A DNA stretch of 64,000 nucleotides from Thermoproteota archaeon (GCA_027492035.1 JAOZFT010000004.1:192001-256000), one strand, 5' to 3'. Counted from the stretch's first letter, positions 20,252 to 30,001 are shown. A program made the numbers and translations. Notes: generated by a model from the letters alone, not told the origin.

Positions 20252-21193
20252 TCACTTAAGTTTTAAGTCTTCATACGCTGACAAAGCAGCTACGGCTCCT
20301 TGTGCTGCTGCAACAATTATTTGGGCGGTTTTACCAGTAACATCTCCAGCTGCATAAATTCTAGGTAAGTTTGTTCTTTGGTTTTCATCTGTATAAATAT
20401 AGCCCTTGTCGTTAATTTTAACCCCTATTTGTTTTGCTAATTTACTCTGAGGTTTTAAACCGACATAGATGAAAACACCATCCACTTCTAAATTAAAGGA
20501 TTGATTGTTCTCCTTGTTTTTTATTTTTAGGCCCTTTACCGAATTTCCACCATAAATCTCTGTTACTTGATGATTTGTCAAATAATTTATTCCCAGTTCA
20601 TTTATTTTTTTCCAGTAGGCTGCTTCACACATTACTCTTGGCATAAACTCTACTACTGTTACCTCTTTACAAATATTGTTGAGATAAATAGCTGCTATCG
20701 CTCCTGAGTTTCCCCCACCTATTACGGCTACTTTCTTATTTTTGAAAAAGAAACCGTCGCAGGTTACACAGTAAGACACTCCCTTGCCTAAAAAATTCTT
20801 TTCCCCTTTTACATTTAATCTTTTATGGGTTGTACCAGTTGCAAAAATAACCGCCTGAGTTACATATTTCCCATTAATTGTTTTAACCACGTACTTTTTG
20901 TTTCCCTTAATCACTTGCTTAGCTTCCTCCATTTCCCTTATTTCTACGTAATTTAAAGCATGGGACTTAAACTTCTCTGCCAGTTTATTTCCTTCAATTT
21001 GTTCAATTCCCAAATAGTTCTCGATGAGTGGTGCTTCAAGGCTTAGGCCACCAGCTAGCCCCTTTTCCACAATTATTGTTTTTAATCCAGCTCTGGAGGC
21101 ATATATGCCTGCTGACAAACCTGCAGGTCCGCTACCAATTATAACAACGTCATAACCACTGTTTATAGAATCTGTAGATTTTATTCTGTTCAT
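20252..21193 (-). CDS. trxB: Thioredoxin reductase
   Basis: IIGSGPAG, GVSYCVTCDG, GGGNSG, AAGDVT; start at 21193 after GGAGG. Confidence 0.92.
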   Translation of the reverse strand: MNRIKSTDSINSGYDVVIIGSGPAGLSAGIYASRAGLKTIIVEKGLAGGLSLEAPLIENYLGIEQIEGNKLAEKFKSHALNYVEIREMEEAKQVIKGNKKYVVKTINGKYVTQAVIFATGTTHKRLNVKGEKNFLGKGVSYCVTCDGFFFKNKKVAVIGGGNSGAIAAIYLNNICKEVTVVEFMPRVMCEAAYWKKINELGINYLTNHQVTEIYGGNSVKGLKIKNKENNQSFNLEVDGVFIYVGLKPQSKLAKQIGVKINDKGYIYTDENQRTNLPRIYAAGDVTGKTAQIIVAAAQGAVAALSAYEDLKLK

Positions 21194-21290
21194 TTTATTT
21201 AACCTCCAAAAACATAAGTCATTTTTATACAAACTTAATTTTTAATTAAAACATATTCCCTCATCTTTCACTTTCGAAGAGGTTATTTCA

Positions 21291-21521
21291 ATGGGTAGGA
21301 AAAAGAAAAGAGTTGTTATTAAGAGGGTTAAGCCAAAGTTACCTGAATTTTTTCTTTGTCCGCGTTGCGGTTCTCAAACTATCCAGGTAGAACTAAACAG
21401 AAAGGAGTTATTTGCAGTAATAAAGTGCGGCTCCTGCGGCTTAAAGGAAGAAATCAAAATAAGTAGGGGAAGCCAACCAGTTGATGCTTATGCTAAGTTT
21501 ATAGATGAATACTCCTCTTAA
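21291..21521 (+). CDS. elf1: Transcription elongation factor Elf1
   Basis: MGRKKKR...FLCPRCG...CGSCG...PVDAYAKFID. Confidence 0.9.
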   Translation: MGRKKKRVVIKRVKPKLPEFFLCPRCGSQTIQVELNRKELFAVIKCGSCGLKEEIKISRGSQPVDAYAKFIDEYSS

Positions 21522-22236
21522 TTAGGGTAATGACCTTTATGATCTTGTGGAATGCTTCTTTAAATCCTTGGATTAGTAAAATGCAGTAAATAAATTTTAG
21601 GGTGTGTTTTACAGGTTTTATTTTTGATTTTTCTCTTCCATACTTGACTGGGATCCGAACTTCTCTTATTCTAAATCCCCTTCTTATAGCCTCTATTAAG
21701 GCTTCACTTTCGGCAATGTAGTCATTTGATTTAGTACTTACTTCCTCTATGACTTCCCTCCGATAAGCTCTGAAGCCTGACTGCGAATCCGTAGTGTTAA
21801 CTCCAAAAAAGAGTTTAAGTATATTTGTGGTGATTTTGTTAGATAAAATTCTTTGCAGCGGCATATCCCCTGTCAGTTTCAATTTTCTATTTAAAAAACG
21901 TGAACCTATCACTATAGAAGTACCTTTTTCTTTGAGCCGTTCTATTAATAGAGGAATTAAGTTCGGGTCATGTTGGCCGTCTCCATCCAAGGTGACTATT
22001 GCTTCTGCCCCTAGTTCTAAAGCTTTTCTAAACCCTGTTCTTAAAGCAGCCCCCTTTCCCATATTTTTAGGATGCTTTAGAACTATGGCCCCTGTTTCTT
22101 TCGCTTTATCGAATGTGTCATCATAGGATCCGTCATCAACTACTATAACTTCGTTGCAAAACCTCCTAGCCGACGTAACAACTATAGAAATGTTATTTCC
22201 TTCATTGTAAGCTGGAATTACGCAAATTACCTTCAT
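21499..22236 (-). CDS. GT2 glycosyltransferase (DPM1-like)
   Basis: IPAYNE, VDDGSYD, NMGKGAA, DGDGQH, DSQSGFRAY. Confidence 0.9.
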   Translation of the reverse strand: MKVICVIPAYNEGNNISIVVTSARRFCNEVIVVDDGSYDDTFDKAKETGAIVLKHPKNMGKGAALRTGFRKALELGAEAIVTLDGDGQHDPNLIPLLIERLKEKGTSIVIGSRFLNRKLKLTGDMPLQRILSNKITTNILKLFFGVNTTDSQSGFRAYRREVIEEVSTKSNDYIAESEALIEAIRRGFRIREVRIPVKYGREKSKIKPVKHTLKFIYCILLIQGFKEAFHKIIKVITLIKRSIHL

Positions 22237-22340
22237 TATATTTTGACCTTCTGCTTAAAAGAATAAATTATTAAGTTACTTCTTTCTTATAATAATTCCT
22301 CTTTTTTAAAAAAAGAATTTTTACGTTAGGTGTATCTCCT

Positions 22341-25300
22341 GTGGAACTTAGCAAATATCAAACCCTTCTTTCGGAAGAAGTAGATAAACTATATAAAATA
22401 GCTAGTGAAGCAAGAAAGAAAGGTTATGATCCTACAGAGACGGTTGAAGTAATAAAAGCGGAAGACACGCCCGAAAGAGTGGAGAAAATCCTAAACTTGA
22501 AAGGTTTAGAGCAGGAAATACGGAGTTTATTTGAGAAAGGTAAAGATAAGATAGAGTCAGGGTTTGTTGTAGCTAAAAAGATATTGTCAGGTGAATTCGG
22601 TAATTTTCCACTTGAAAAAGGTTTGGAACTCGCTTTAAGGGCCGGTTTAGCGGTAATGACCGACTGTGTCACCGCTTCACCTCTTGAAGGAATTTCAGGG
22701 GTGAAAGTGAAAAATAATTTTGATAATTCAAAGTATTTAGCAGTTTACTATTTAGGACCTATAAGAACAGCTGGAGGCACAGAGGCAGGTTTATCAGTTA
22801 TCTTAGCAGATTACTTAAGGAATTTAGCTCACTTGGATAGATATAAACCAACCGAGGATGAAGTTTTCCGTTATATGGAAGAAATGGTTCTTTACCAGAG
22901 AGGAAAGGGTAAATTACAGCAGTACGTAACTGGTGACGAATTAAAGAAGCTTCTAGATTACTTACCTGTTGAAGTAACAGGCCCTGCTTCTGAAGAAAAC
23001 GTGGAAGTAACTTTTTACCGTGACCTAAAAAGAGTTGAGACAAATGGTATAAGGGGGGGTGCTCTTATAGTTCTTGGTGAAGGTTTGCTTCTTAAAGCAA
23101 AAAAACTACTTCCGATAGTTAAAAAATTAAAAATGGAAGTTTCACTGAAAGGATGGGACTGGCTTAGTGAATTCATTAAAAAAGAAGAGCAGGGTAATTC
23201 TGTTTTCTCACTAAACAACGTCAAATATCTTGACAAATTAGCTGGTGGCCGGCCTATCTTCTCAATGCCTAATTCCAAATGGGGATTCCGCTTACGTTAT
23301 GGAAGGGCTAGAAACACCGGCTTCGCAGGGGTTGGCCTCAATCCCGCTACTATGTATCTATTAGATCAATACCTCGCAATTGGCACACAAATAAAAACTG
23401 AAAAACCGGGAAAAGCTGCTATAGTCACTCCTGTGTCCTCTATCGAAGGCCCCTTTGTACTGCTTAAAAACAACTCCCTTTTACAAGTTAATACACTTGA
23501 AGAAGCTAAACTTTTAGAACCTGAAGTTAAAGAAATAATCTCACTTGGTGATATACTTATTTCAATTGGTGACTTTTTAGAAAACAATTCTCCTCTACTT
23601 CCTTGTGGATTGAATGAGGAGTGGTGGGTTCAAGAATTAGAGGAAGCCTTGAAATCGAAGGTTAGTATTTCTCTTTCCATAACCAAAGAGAGGATTTTTT
23701 CATTTATAAATAACCCCTACACTGCCAAACCCTCCCCGGAGGAGGCTTGGGAGATATCGACAAGCTACAAAATACCGCTTCACCCGAAATACCTTTTTAA
23801 CTGGCAAAATTTAACTTTGGCAGAATTAAAGGAACTTAAGGAAATTATCAAAGTGGCTAGCACCGAAAAAGATAGCGTAGTCCTTAGTTATTCCAAAAAA
23901 CTTATTGATATCTTTCAAAAACTCTTGATTCCTTACTCATTTAAAAATGGCCAAATAAAAATTCAGCATTCACTCGCATATATTCTTTTCCGTATCTTAA
24001 ACTCTTTTACTGAAACAGACATTGACCAAGTATTGAAAGAAATAAAGATTAACCCCCCTGAAAAACTTTTTTCTGATACCTTAAACTTCCTTTCACAGAA
24101 AGTGAAGTTTCCATTTTATCCTAAAGGAGTTACCTTTATCGGTGCAAGAATGGGTAGGCCCGAAAAATCCAAAAGCAGGGTACTAAAACCACCCGTGCAT
24201 ATATTGTTTCCTGTAGGTGAATGTGGAGGCAGAGAAAGAAGCTTAAATAAAGCCTTCATTAAGGGTTACTGTAAAATAAAAATTAAGTCTAATTATTGTC
24301 CCTCATGCAAATTAGTGACACCCTACAATAAATGTGACTTTTGTGGTTCCCCTACATTACCTGCTAGATACTGCCTAAAATGTAAATCAATAGTTCCAAA
24401 TGAAACATGTCCTAATTGTGACTCTAAAACAATCCCTTACAGTTTTGCAGTTGTGAATTTACGGGAATTAATAGAGTTATCTTTAAAAAAGCTTGGTTTA
24501 TTAAGTTTAGAATCTGTAGGTGAAGTTAAGGGAGTAAAGGGCCTCATGAATAAAAGTTTAACTCCTGAATACTTAGCAAAGGGCATTTTAAGAGCTAAAT
24601 ATAAAATCTTTGTAAATAAAGATGGTACGTGCCGCTTCGATGCGGTAAATGCTCCATTAACTCATTTCAAACCCAAAGAGATAGGTTTACCTATTGAAAA
24701 AGCGCATAAACTTGGATACCTTACAGATTACAAGGGAAAACCTTTGGTTTCAGAAAACCAACTTTGCGAATTATTCGTTCAGGACGTGATTTTGCCCAGG
24801 GAAGCTGCAGCCTACTTTGTCAACGTAGCAAATTTCATAGATGAACTACTTGAAAAAATTTATGGGATGGAACCCTACTACAATATAAGTAAGGATGAAG
24901 ATCTGATAGGACATATAGTGTTCGGTATTTCACCTCACACCTTCGTTGCCATAACAGGTAGGGTTATAGGATTTACTGATTCCAAGGTTCAGTATGCTCA
25001 CCCTGTCTTCCATGCTGCTAAGAGAAGAAATTGTGACGGTGACGAGGATTCCTTCATACTTGGCCTAGACGCTTTCATAAATTTCTCTAGGGAATATATT
25101 CCTTCAAAGGTTGGGGGTAAGGAAGATGTACCCCTTCTTTTTCTCGTTAAAATAGACATGAAAAATGTCGACGATGAAGTATACAGTATGGAAATATCAA
25201 ACCGCCTCCCGTTAAAGTTTTATAGGTCAATTCATTCAAGGGAAGCGTTACAGGCTTCTTTAGATGGTTTAAGGAAAGTTGGTGACATATTGGATTCTGA

Positions 25301-25793
25301 GTTTATTCATTTCCCCTTTACACATGAAACTTCATCTATTCAGGGTGCACCACTTGTTTCTCGCTACAAAAACCTAGGTTTAGAGAGTTCAATGTTTAAC
25401 AAAATTATAGCTCAGCTTGAATTAGCTAAAAAATTGAAAGGCGTTTCAGTCGATACCGTTGCTTCTCTTCTTATTGAAAGCCATTTCCTTCCGGACATAA
25501 TTGGGAACCTAAGGAACTTTACTCAACAGAGCTTCAGATGCGTTGTATGCAATAGAAAATATAGAAGGCCTCCCCTATCAGGTAAATGTGTTTGCGGAGG
25601 CAAGTTAATTCTTAACACCCCAAAGGGTGGTGTGTTAAAATATGTTGAAGTTGTTCAATACTTAATTGACAATTACAAAGTTCCATCTTACTTAAAAGAA
25701 AGATTTAGGTTACTTAAAGAAGAAATAAATCAACTCTTCGCTGTTGAATTTAAAAATAAAGAGTCTAAGGGGCTACTAGAGGAATTCCTTTAA
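22341..25793 (+). CDS. polC: DNA polymerase D large subunit DP2
   Basis: GPIRTAGGT, GFRLRYGRARN, RMGRPEK, HAAKRRNCDGDED, C-terminal Zn finger; no intein seen. Confidence 0.97.
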   Translation: MELSKYQTLLSEEVDKLYKIASEARKKGYDPTETVEVIKAEDTPERVEKILNLKGLEQEIRSLFEKGKDKIESGFVVAKKILSGEFGNFPLEKGLELALRAGLAVMTDCVTASPLEGISGVKVKNNFDNSKYLAVYYLGPIRTAGGTEAGLSVILADYLRNLAHLDRYKPTEDEVFRYMEEMVLYQRGKGKLQQYVTGDELKKLLDYLPVEVTGPASEENVEVTFYRDLKRVETNGIRGGALIVLGEGLLLKAKKLLPIVKKLKMEVSLKGWDWLSEFIKKEEQGNSVFSLNNVKYLDKLAGGRPIFSMPNSKWGFRLRYGRARNTGFAGVGLNPATMYLLDQYLAIGTQIKTEKPGKAAIVTPVSSIEGPFVLLKNNSLLQVNTLEEAKLLEPEVKEIISLGDILISIGDFLENNSPLLPCGLNEEWWVQELEEALKSKVSISLSITKERIFSFINNPYTAKPSPEEAWEISTSYKIPLHPKYLFNWQNLTLAELKELKEIIKVASTEKDSVVLSYSKKLIDIFQKLLIPYSFKNGQIKIQHSLAYILFRILNSFTETDIDQVLKEIKINPPEKLFSDTLNFLSQKVKFPFYPKGVTFIGARMGRPEKSKSRVLKPPVHILFPVGECGGRERSLNKAFIKGYCKIKIKSNYCPSCKLVTPYNKCDFCGSPTLPARYCLKCKSIVPNETCPNCDSKTIPYSFAVVNLRELIELSLKKLGLLSLESVGEVKGVKGLMNKSLTPEYLAKGILRAKYKIFVNKDGTCRFDAVNAPLTHFKPKEIGLPIEKAHKLGYLTDYKGKPLVSENQLCELFVQDVILPREAAAYFVNVANFIDELLEKIYGMEPYYNISKDEDLIGHIVFGISPHTFVAITGRVIGFTDSKVQYAHPVFHAAKRRNCDGDEDSFILGLDAFINFSREYIPSKVGGKEDVPLLFLVKIDMKNVDDEVYSMEISNRLPLKFYRSIHSREALQASLDGLRKVGDILDSEFIHFPFTHETSSIQGAPLVSRYKNLGLESSMFNKIIAQLELAKKLKGVSVDTVASLLIESHFLPDIIGNLRNFTQQSFRCVVCNRKYRRPPLSGKCVCGGKLILNTPKGGVLKYVEVVQYLIDNYKVPSYLKERFRLLKEEINQLFAVEFKNKESKGLLEEFL

Positions 25794-25801
25794 AACCTTT
25801 T

Positions 25802-25969
25802 TTACAGAAAGATTCTCGCAACTATTTCAGTTATCACTACTCCTACACAGAAGAGAATAACAAATTCCGGCCTTATTTTCACTCCTTCCTTCTCTTCCTG
25901 ATAGAAACTCATCAAACCAGCCATGGATGTGGGCATGTAGGTCTTGTCCTTCTTCCTTTTCTTGGGCAT
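25802..25969 (-). CDS. secG: Preprotein translocase Sec61-beta (55 aa; absent from ORF track)
   Basis: Manual translation MPKKRKKDKTYMPTSMAGLMSFYQEEKEGVKIRPEFVILFCVGVVITEIVARIFL; AGL..FY.EE...K..P motif plus C-terminal TM helix. Confidence 0.9.
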   Translation of the reverse strand: MPKKRKKDKTYMPTSMAGLMSFYQEEKEGVKIRPEFVILFCVGVVITEIVARIFL

Positions 25970-26059
25970 TTTCTATCCCCTCAACAACATTCTCTGTTTT
26001 GAAATAAACAAATTTACTTTTATATTTTTTTTCTTTCTGATCATGTTAACTTATTGTTG

Positions 26060-26138
26060 GTATCACGTTTCGTGGATAAAAGAAGTTGAAGGCAATTTGA
26101 GCGAAGTGTAGTGAAGCCTTTTATCCACTGTTGTACGA
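26060..26138 (-). repeat. attC-like integron recombination site 1
   Basis: 11-bp inverted arms GTGGATAAAAG (26072-26082) / CTTTTATCCAC (26118-26128); core GTTGTAC at 26130-26136; degenerate opposite core GTATCAC at 26060-26066. Confidence 0.65.
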
Positions 26139-26277
26139 CCTGTAAGGGCAACTCCGCCCTCTAAGCAGCTTAAATTGTTCTCAATAATCTCAAATTTTTT
26201 TAATTCAGTTTTAATAACGAGTAATTCTGGTAGTATAGAGGGCGAGGGTTGAGTTGCGAGCCCGCTAAATTTTAACA

Positions 26278-27604
26278 TCATTTTTTACTTTGGGCAAGCT
26301 CTTTTATAGTATCATAAGTATCAAATTCGGGGGCAAGAGCGTCATACCAATTATATTTTTCGTAAGATAATTTGGTTATTTTTCCTTGAGGTCCCATACA
26401 ACCTCCATGAATTGGGTATATGAAAATTATCCCTTTGAGGAAAAGAAATTATCCGCTCTTTTCAAAAATTCATTTGTTTCCTTTATACTTAACTCCTGAC
26501 TAAAAACACCTAATGGGCTTCTCTCCTTTCCTCCATAATCAATGCGAGCAAAGATTGGGATATTGTATTTTTATTAATGATGGTTACAATTTCGTTCCAT
26601 TCTGCTTCATTAAACTGCCCTACCTCTCCTGTTTTTTGATTAAGAATTTCATCAGGAAGCGGACTAGTCATTGCTGCATCCACATTAGATTTTTCCGGGG
26701 CACTAATTCAATAATTTTGCCATCTCTATGTACAACAACCCATGTTATAACAAGAATATATCTCTTCTTATATATTTATGAATCCTCTCCACAAGATTCC
26801 ATATCGCTGTATAACTTTCTTGAACTGCTGGGTGATTTTCATCTTTTGTTATCTCCTTAAGCAAAAATGGTTGCACATATAACATTATCAATCCAGATTG
26901 CATCAACGCCAGCGTCAATTTGTTTGTATATTTTATTTAGAAGAATTTTTTGAAAATCAGGATTGGTAATATCAGGGAAATATGCTTTATAATATCCATG
27001 ATGCGCCATCATCCATTTCAATTCTTCTTCTGAGGGGCAAGGTTCTTTTTTTGATATTACACCCCATCTTTTTGCCCAATAGCATTGCATATCTCTTTTG
27101 CTTACATTTATTCCCCATTTTGGAGGGTCCAATGCCATTTTCCATGCTTTATTTATGCGTTCTGTTTCATTTTTTCCCGAAACATCTTCAATGAAAAGAA
27201 ATTCAGCTTGCACACCTCCGCTAAATATAATATCTGGCATCTCTTTCTTTATCTTAGAAATAGCATTCCTGAGATGTTCATAACTATAGCCATTTTCTTC
27301 GCATTGTCGTCAGTGTTTCTGAGGATAAATCTGAACAATTTTCAGGACAAGGCCACTGGGTTAGCCATCCCTGGAATATAAAATCCGTTTTTGTTTCCTT
27401 GAATATCTTTATGACTTCATCTAACCCTCTGCTTTGAGATATCCTGTCTGTCACCCATCTGTATTGAGAAGCTACCTTAATTTGAGAAAGTTCTGTTGGC
27501 TTGAGCATCTCTTTTGACTCTTTCTGGAATCTAAAACCAATTAACCCAGATGCCAAAATTAAGACCAGAATAACCGCTATTAAAGTTTTATTTTTCATCT
27601 CCAT
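26278..27604 (-). pseudogene. Frameshifted exported protein, possibly glycoside-hydrolase-like; cassette cargo
   Basis: Signal-anchor N-terminus (27284-27604), middle fragment ending QIDAGVDAIWID (26857-27240), C-terminal WYDALAPEFDTYDTIKELAQSKK stop at 26278; fragments lie in different frames. Confidence 0.7.
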
Positions 27605-27650
27605 AATTTATACCTCCTTTTTTAAAGTCTTTCCAAACGTGCTCGCAATT

Positions 27651-27808
27651 TCGGACAACGTCCCGAGCGTATCTGAGGTCCTGTGAAGGAGGATTTGGGC
27701 GAAGTGCCGGAGGCACGAAGCCAGATATTGAAGAAACAAACGGGAGGTAAACCTGTGCAACTAAAATTTAATCCAGAAGTTCGATACACAACTTCGCCTA
27801 ACAGAGCG
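27651..27808 (-). repeat. attC-like site 2, split by an 81-bp inversion
   Basis: GGACAAC core and arm GAGCGTATCTG (27665-27675); the complementary arm and GTTAGGC core are restored only by flipping 27728-27808; interior resembles site 1. Confidence 0.65.
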
Positions 27809-28235
27809 TTTTTGCAGCCTCATCCATAAATTGTACGAAGCCTGTGTAATAGTCTTCTTCGTTACGAACTTTTTGCCAAGCCTCTCTAAACGCTGGTTTG
27901 CTCATATAATATTTAATTCCTCTTTCCCATTCTCCCCATAATTCCTTTTCAATCCATTTTTTCTTTTCTTTCAAATAAAATTCCTCAGAACAAAGATCAA
28001 AGTATCGCCGCATAAGTTTCATCAAATCTTCACTTTCTAATCTGTTAACATCGAATTTATCAGATAGTATGTCGTTAGGGAACTGCCAACGAATTTCTGC
28101 ATATCTCCTATTAAATTCAAAATACAGGGTAATCCAGTGCTCTTTTCTGATAAAACGAAAATTTATTATAGCAGTAACCACTGTTCCCAAAAATAGCATA
28201 AAATTGATGACGTTTGAAATATCTAAAGTAACCAT
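27798..28235 (-). CDS. Hypothetical protein with N-terminal TM helix; cassette cargo
   Basis: 145-aa ORF with RYFDLCSEEFYL...W..W motif; 3' end appears altered by the inversion. Confidence 0.7.
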   Translation of the reverse strand: MVTLDISNVINFMLFLGTVVTAIINFRFIRKEHWITLYFEFNRRYAEIRWQFPNDILSDKFDVNRLESEDLMKLMRRYFDLCSEEFYLKEKKKWIEKELWGEWERGIKYYMSKPAFREAWQKVRNEEDYYTGFVQFMDEAAKTLC

Positions 28236-28366
28236 ACTATCACCTGTGTAACTAAATTTCGGTTTTCTTAAATAGATAAAAAATTATTACCCCACTAGTA
28301 AAACCTATTGCTGTGTTTGTTATTATAGAGAGTACAGCAGTTACGTGCATTATAAAATATTTTTTT

Positions 28367-28934
28367 GGCTCTGTTAAGTCTTAGTATGTTAAAAAAAGTT
28401 TGTTAAGATTTGTTTGTTAGGGCTTTCTTGATTAGCCCTAGCTACTTGTTTCTTCCCAGCTCAAATCCTATGTTTAATGCTTATGCTGGTGTCAGCCCTT
28501 TCAGGGAAGAAAGATTGGAAAGAAATAGAAAGAACAAGACACAAATATAGCGATTGGCACCGCAGAGCCTTACCTCGCTGGTGCTACATGACCAATGGAG
28601 ACTAGTTCGAGCAGAGAATAATAGATGGGGAAGTTAGAGTGGTTGCCTACATCGAGACCATAGGAGTTCTAAGGAAGACCGTGGAAAACGCTGACAAGGA
28701 CTACCAGCCTTGAGGGCTTAAACCACACCTCTGTCGTGAAATCGAAGAGAAGATGAACATCCCAGCCTACATAGTCTGGCATAACGAAGATTGCACAGAT
28801 TTCCTAGTTCTAAGGATAACAGAAACAAAACCTAAAAGAATGAATGAAAAACAGTATGTCGAGTTCCTCAAAAAACCTGAAAACCAAACCAAATTTAACA
28901 AACTTTTTTTAACATACTAAGACTTAACAGAGCC
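28367..28934. mobile_element. Non-autonomous IS-derived element (MITE-like) with perfect 40-bp terminal inverted repeats
   Basis: GGCTCTGTTAAGTCTTAGTATGTTAAAAAAAGTTTGTTAA at 28367-28406 and its exact reverse complement at 28895-28934; no transposase inside. Confidence 0.85.
28477..28920 (+). pseudogene. Passenger gene of the TIR element with two in-frame stops
   Basis: One frame reads ...KYSDWHRRALPRWCYMTNGD*FEQR...VVAYIET...YQP*...MNIPAYIVWHN...; TAG at 28603, TGA at 28711. Confidence 0.65.
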
Positions 28935-28945
28935 TTCTTTCTAAA

Positions 28946-29527
28946 CTAGGTTTCTCCATTAAAAATTTGACTTAATCCCTCGGGATCTTCCAAAATAACC
29001 GTAAATTTTTCATTTCCGTCAATAGCCTTAATTATTCTCTTTAGTATTTTCTCAGCTTTTTCCTTTTTTTCCTTGTCCTCATTTAAAACAAGGAAACTCT
29101 CAACGGCTTTTTTCATCCTTAACAAGACCCCCTCGATGTTGGTTAGAAACCATTTGGCTGAAGGGCCTGGAGAAACCTCTATTTCCAATTCAGGGATCTT
29201 AATAGCTGCAAAAGGAGACCTTAATACTTTCACATATAAATCTCTTTGAGAAGTAACTACAAATTTCTGTTTCCTTCTTTCTATCCCCCTACCTGAAGGA
29301 GTTATCAAGTTGGTTTTATAACCGCAATCGCTACACCTAAACGAAACAATTAGGATTCTATCTACGAAAGGGACCATATAGAAAACTTCAAAGAGAATAG
29401 TGTTTTTAGAGCCACAAACTGGACATCTTAGACCCTTTACTTCTTCTTTCCTTTCAACATACTTATTTTCTTCACTAAAACCCAAATTTTTACACCCTTT
29501 CCCCTTGTCAATTTTAGTAAGGAACAA
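28946..29527 (-). CDS. ZPR1 zinc-finger protein
   Basis: CPVCG...CSDCGYK, IKIPELEIEVSPG, TNIEGVL, ILEDPEGLS. Confidence 0.92.
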   Translation of the reverse strand: MFLTKIDKGKGCKNLGFSEENKYVERKEEVKGLRCPVCGSKNTILFEVFYMVPFVDRILIVSFRCSDCGYKTNLITPSGRGIERRKQKFVVTSQRDLYVKVLRSPFAAIKIPELEIEVSPGPSAKWFLTNIEGVLLRMKKAVESFLVLNEDKEKKEKAEKILKRIIKAIDGNEKFTVILEDPEGLSQIFNGET

Positions 29528-29689
29528 CCTTTAAAAAGGGAATCTCATATAACTCTAAAGGGAAACCTATCCCTCTCCTCTGTTGAATGGAAATTTTTCG
29601 ATTTATGAAGATTGAAAAAGATTTACTTTTTAAAGAATGGTTTAAGTAATCTTGAATTTATCGATTATTAGAAAGAAGGGGGTTCAACT

Positions 29690-29875
29690 TTGGGCAGAAT
29701 AAAGCCTCGGCACATAAAAACATTAGGGAAGAAATTAAGTGAGAAATATGGTGAATTGTTCGTCGCTGATTTTGAAACAAATAAGGAAATACTTGAGAAA
29801 ATAGCTGAATTTCCCGGAAAAAAATTTAAGAACAAATTAGCAGGGTACTTGACAAGAATAAAAAAGAAGAGGTAA
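29690..29875 (+). CDS. rps17e: 30S ribosomal protein eS17
   Basis: MGRIKP...DFETNK...KNKLAGYLTR. Confidence 0.95.
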   Translation: MGRIKPRHIKTLGKKLSEKYGELFVADFETNKEILEKIAEFPGKKFKNKLAGYLTRIKKKR

Positions 29876-29878
29876 GAA

Positions 29879-30001
29879 TGGGCCGGGCGGGAGATCCAGA
29901 AAGGGTATGTACCCTCCTCACTTGAACCCGCGACCTAGGGCTTTCTACTCATTAAACAAAACCGAAGGCCCCCGCTCTATTCCTAACTGAGCCACCGGCC
30001 C
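29879..30001 (-). tRNA. tRNA-Arg(TCG) with two introns (37/38: 29943-29961; 59/60: 29893-29920)
   Basis: Cloverleaf forms after removing both introns; acceptor GGGCCGG/CCGGCCC; T-loop intron folds as BHB. Confidence 0.9.

Noticed and set aside
22341-25793. Intein or intron in DP2
   Set aside because: Length is normal, motifs are contiguous, and no intein termini are visible
26063-27686. Short ORFs 26063-26281, 26513-26860, 26982-27194, 27085-27381, 27098-27283, 27501-27686
   Set aside because: They overlap the attC-like sites or are antisense shadows of the minus-strand pseudogene
28358-28943. Target-site duplication around the TIR element
   Set aside because: Flanks (TATTTTTTT vs TTCTTTCTA) share only low-complexity T runs
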